Positions 22,417-23,531 of a DNA stretch of 23,531 nucleotides are shown here, piece after piece; position 1 is the first letter of the stretch, and each line of letters starts with the position of its first letter. The stretch lies in contig JANKJI020000002.1 of NCBI GenBank assembly GCA_024626585.2, positions 183,898,639 to 183,922,169 of the forward strand. The letters are read 5' to 3'. The DNA is from Ginkgo biloba. Taxonomy: Eukaryota; Plantae; Ginkgophyta. Made by a program: the position numbers and the translations under genes. The notes beneath the pieces are model-generated. The model was not told the origin of the DNA. It searched no databases and worked only from the letters and a program-made list of their open reading frames with translations.

Positions 22417-23531
22417 AAAAGACCCTTTTTAGCCCCCAATTACACTTTAGCTCCCAAATTCTTTAAGCCACGGTCATATGCTGACCTAGGGGCTAAAAAA
22501 ATATTAAAACACTCTAAAGTTTATAACTTTATAGAAAATCGAAATTTCTTTTGAAACATTCCTCCGCGGCTTGTGCGCAGCTCCTGCGCCCCGAATCGTG
22601 ATTTTGCTAACGCGATTCATGCAATTTTGTTCGAGACGGCTGTTGTGGATCTTGCCTTGCCTCTGTGCTCCAATCCACGAACCACCAAATGCAAGAAAGA
22701 TTTTAAATTTTCTCTACGGGCTTCCTCCGTCTCTACGAGTGGCACGGCTCCAGCATCAAACACGAACTGGCGTGGGATTTCCTCCAGATCTGTGCGCCCT
22801 TCTCTGCTCAACACTGTGCATGATTTTCGCCCGCGTGTCTCTGTTCTTTTGCGGGCTATGTCCAGTGACCTTGTTCTTCCTCAGCATTTTCTACTACTTA
22901 CTCACATTTGCGGGTGATTCTCCTCCCGTCACTGCAGCCTCACGTTCTTCTACCTGCTGGCACGGCTTTATTTCCTTCGTCCAACACCTACAGATGATTC
23001 GGCTCACGGTGAATCACCTCCACCAGCGTATCTTGCAACTGCAGTTCACCTCACACCAAACTCAGCCGTTCCTTACACCAGAGGCTTACAAACTCAACAA
23101 GTGGTGCAATCTTCACACTGGAACCAACGATTTTCTCACTGTGTCACGTGCTAGGGCACGTTTTTCTTTAATCTCTGAAACCCTAACTTGGATTTCTTCA
23201 CTGTTCTTCACAAATTTGAATTTCTTCTGTTCTAGGGTTTGACCTGCTTCAAAAAATTCAAATTCACGAACACTCGTACTGCACCGCAACTAGGGTTGGA
23301 AACCCCTTCCTTCGATTCTTCAACTCGAATCTTTGATTCGCTTTTGAACCATGCGCTCTGATACCGCATATGAAAATAGGATCACGGACAATAAGAAGAA
23401 TTCGAGAAGCACAAGAAGAATCAACACGACACAAGGATGTTCGGGTAGAATTGATCTACCGCAGTTTTTATTGCAATACTTGATTCCTTGATGAATAGTA
23501 CAATGGGTATGGGTCTATTAAATAGATCCCA
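22417..23531 (-). mobile_element. LTR retrotransposon 5' end (partial 5' LTR, PBS, long GC-rich leader) in argC intron, antisense to the gene; superfamily not assignable
   Basis: Minus strand ...TTTTCA-TATG-CGGTATCAGAGC; LTR portion runs from 23371 to the window end; CpG-rich leader with no recognisable coding motif. Confidence 0.75.
23355..23366 (-). other. Primer-binding site (tRNAi-Met), 11/12 match
   Basis: Plus strand GCTCTGATACCG versus canonical GCTCTGATACCA. Confidence 0.8.

Noticed and set aside
22571-23242. 223-aa plus-strand ORF, the longest gap-free ORF in the track
   Set aside because: Non-ATG start, no recognisable motif, and antisense to a GC-rich retroelement leader where stop codons are rare by composition.

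Overview
Land-plant nuclear DNA from a fragmented assembly (18 N-gaps, many exactly 100 N). The long intron and dense, decayed LTR content suggest a large genome such as a gymnosperm, but that is inference. The only clearly functional host sequence is three consecutive phase-0 internal exons (21322-21408, 21594-21644, 21778-21849, + strand) of N-acetyl-gamma-glutamyl-phosphate reductase (argC/NAGPR, arginine biosynthesis). Its N-terminal and C-terminal exons are not visible. Most of the rest is nested, heavily mutated LTR-retrotransposon debris: (i) a + strand Ty3/gypsy-like element (tRNAi-Met PBS at 8, Asn/Gly-rich stretch, gag, protease); (ii) a probable solo LTR with tandem regulatory-like repeats; (iii) a second + strand element (LTR, PBS, gag, zinc knuckle); (iv) a decayed ORF with AT-hook-like motifs; (v) a - strand chromovirus-type pol followed, across a gap, by a ~3.7 kb decayed accessory ORF, a PPT and a candidate 3' LTR; (vi) small RT and RNase H fragments; (vii) a CpG-rich, apparently younger - strand element in the intron after the third argC exon. 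I found no convincing novel system. The best leads are an orphan core promoter at 19.2 kb, the large accessory ORF and a prion-like pre-Gag region.
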